Virus record (IMG/VR): IMGVR_UViG_3300002446_000068
Location: 8,958 to 72,957 of that record
Length of the DNA stretch: 64,000 bases
Reading direction: 5' to 3' (one strand)
DNA from: a virus
Taxonomy: Duplodnaviria > Caudoviricetes
Shown here piece after piece: positions 63,234 to 64,000 of the stretch (its first letter is position 1; each line of letters begins with the position of its first letter). A program made the translations under genes and the position numbers. The notes beneath the pieces are model-generated. The model had not been told where the DNA came from. It made no database searches and saw nothing but the letters and a program-made list of their open reading frames with translations.

Positions 63234-63440
63234 CTACGTCTTCTTTGCCGGCGCCCATTTCTTCCTCTTCTTCGGCTCGACCACCTTGATACGGCAGTGG
63301 CACAGTGGACAGATTGGTTCCACATCGAGGTTTGCCATAAACAGTTCGAACTTGGCCCAAGGCGTTTTTTGCATACCGCATGAGGTAAACCACCTGTCTC
63401 CAGCAAATTCCCACACGCAAACCGCGTTCTTATCTTCCAT
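63234..63440 (-). CDS. Small Cys-containing protein
   Basis: CVWE...TSCG...CPLCH. Confidence 0.55.
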   Translation of the reverse strand: MEDKNAVCVWEFAGDRWFTSCGMQKTPWAKFELFMANLDVEPICPLCHCRIKVVEPKKRKKWAPAKKT

Positions 63441-63579
63441 CACTTTCCCCCTTTCGGTTTCTTTGTCGCTCGGCCATCGTGCGTTTCTGTCACCGTTGCT
63501 TCTCGCTTCCAAACAGAGACGCCCTCCACACCATACGAGATGATGACAACGTAAACGCCCTCTGTGAGATTGATGCGCA

Positions 63580-64000
63580 TCACCGCTTGCCTCTCCCCAC
63601 CCCACTGCCTTCCTCATTTTCCTTTACCTGAAATTCAATCACCCAGACGTAAGGGTTACTTTCCCAGCCATAGCCCCGCTTCGCGTTGATGCGACCCCAT
63701 GTAGCCCGAAATTCCTTTATGCCCTTGCATCCTTCTGCCTTGGCATCTTCCTCAGAGATGTCCTGTAACCGCTCCACCCGGACGTTGACGATCTCCAGGT
63801 TGATGCGGCTTGCCCAGCGAGGCATGAAAACGGATGGACGCCATCTACCAAACATGAAAGCATGCCAGCTCCAACCCACTTCGAATTGACGCGCAATGAA
63901 TCCATCGGCGCGGTAGAGAATCGGATTCCAATCCTCGATATCCGATGGCTTGCGATGGTCAAGATAACCCGGGGCTGCCCATGTTTCCCTCACCCATAAC
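63580..64000 (-). CDS. ASCH/PUA-like conserved phage protein (5' truncated by the window edge)
   Basis: WRPSVFMPRWASRI.LEI..VRVERLQDISEEDA.AEG...WESNPYVWVIEF. Confidence 0.8.
   Translation of the reverse strand, partial: LWVRETWAAPGYLDHRKPSDIEDWNPILYRADGFIARQFEVGWSWHAFMFGRWRPSVFMPRWASRINLEIVNVRVERLQDISEEDAKAEGCKGIKEFRATWGRINAKRGYGWESNPYVWVIEFQVKENEEGSGVGRGKR

Noticed and set aside
1-64000. Integrase, repressor, att site or RtcB/RNA ligase
   Set aside because: No supporting motifs recognised in this window; lifestyle and a complete RNA-repair pathway cannot be claimed

Overview
This window is part of a large tailed dsDNA phage genome with siphovirus-like architecture (tail tube, tail chaperone with frameshift, 1348-aa tape measure, no sheath gene seen). 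No integrase or repressor is recognisable. Plus strand 1-40650 carries the terminase large subunit C-terminus, a portal fused to a gpF-like minor head domain, an ~11.6-kb glycosylation island interrupted by a tnpB-only IS200/IS605 element, head and tail genes, and two tandem clan GH-A-like hydrolases where an endolysin would be expected. Minus strand 40647-64000 carries many small early genes, a Rad52-like annealase, a DnaB-like helicase, a sigma-like factor, Ro60/TROVE, an HTH-metallophosphoesterase, an SNF2-like helicase, an SprT-like protease and DNA methyltransferase genes or remnants. The most notable element is a phage-encoded Ro60 preceded by four tandem Y RNA genes at 53219-53655: two YrlA-type tRNA mimics and two very small canonical Y RNAs. 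Other unexplained structures include a separate tRNA-like element with a partial duplicate, several structured intergenic RNAs, a four-copy promoter motif, and a small gene bracketed by perfect 25-bp inverted repeats. All protein calls come from motif recognition by eye; no database search or folding program was run.
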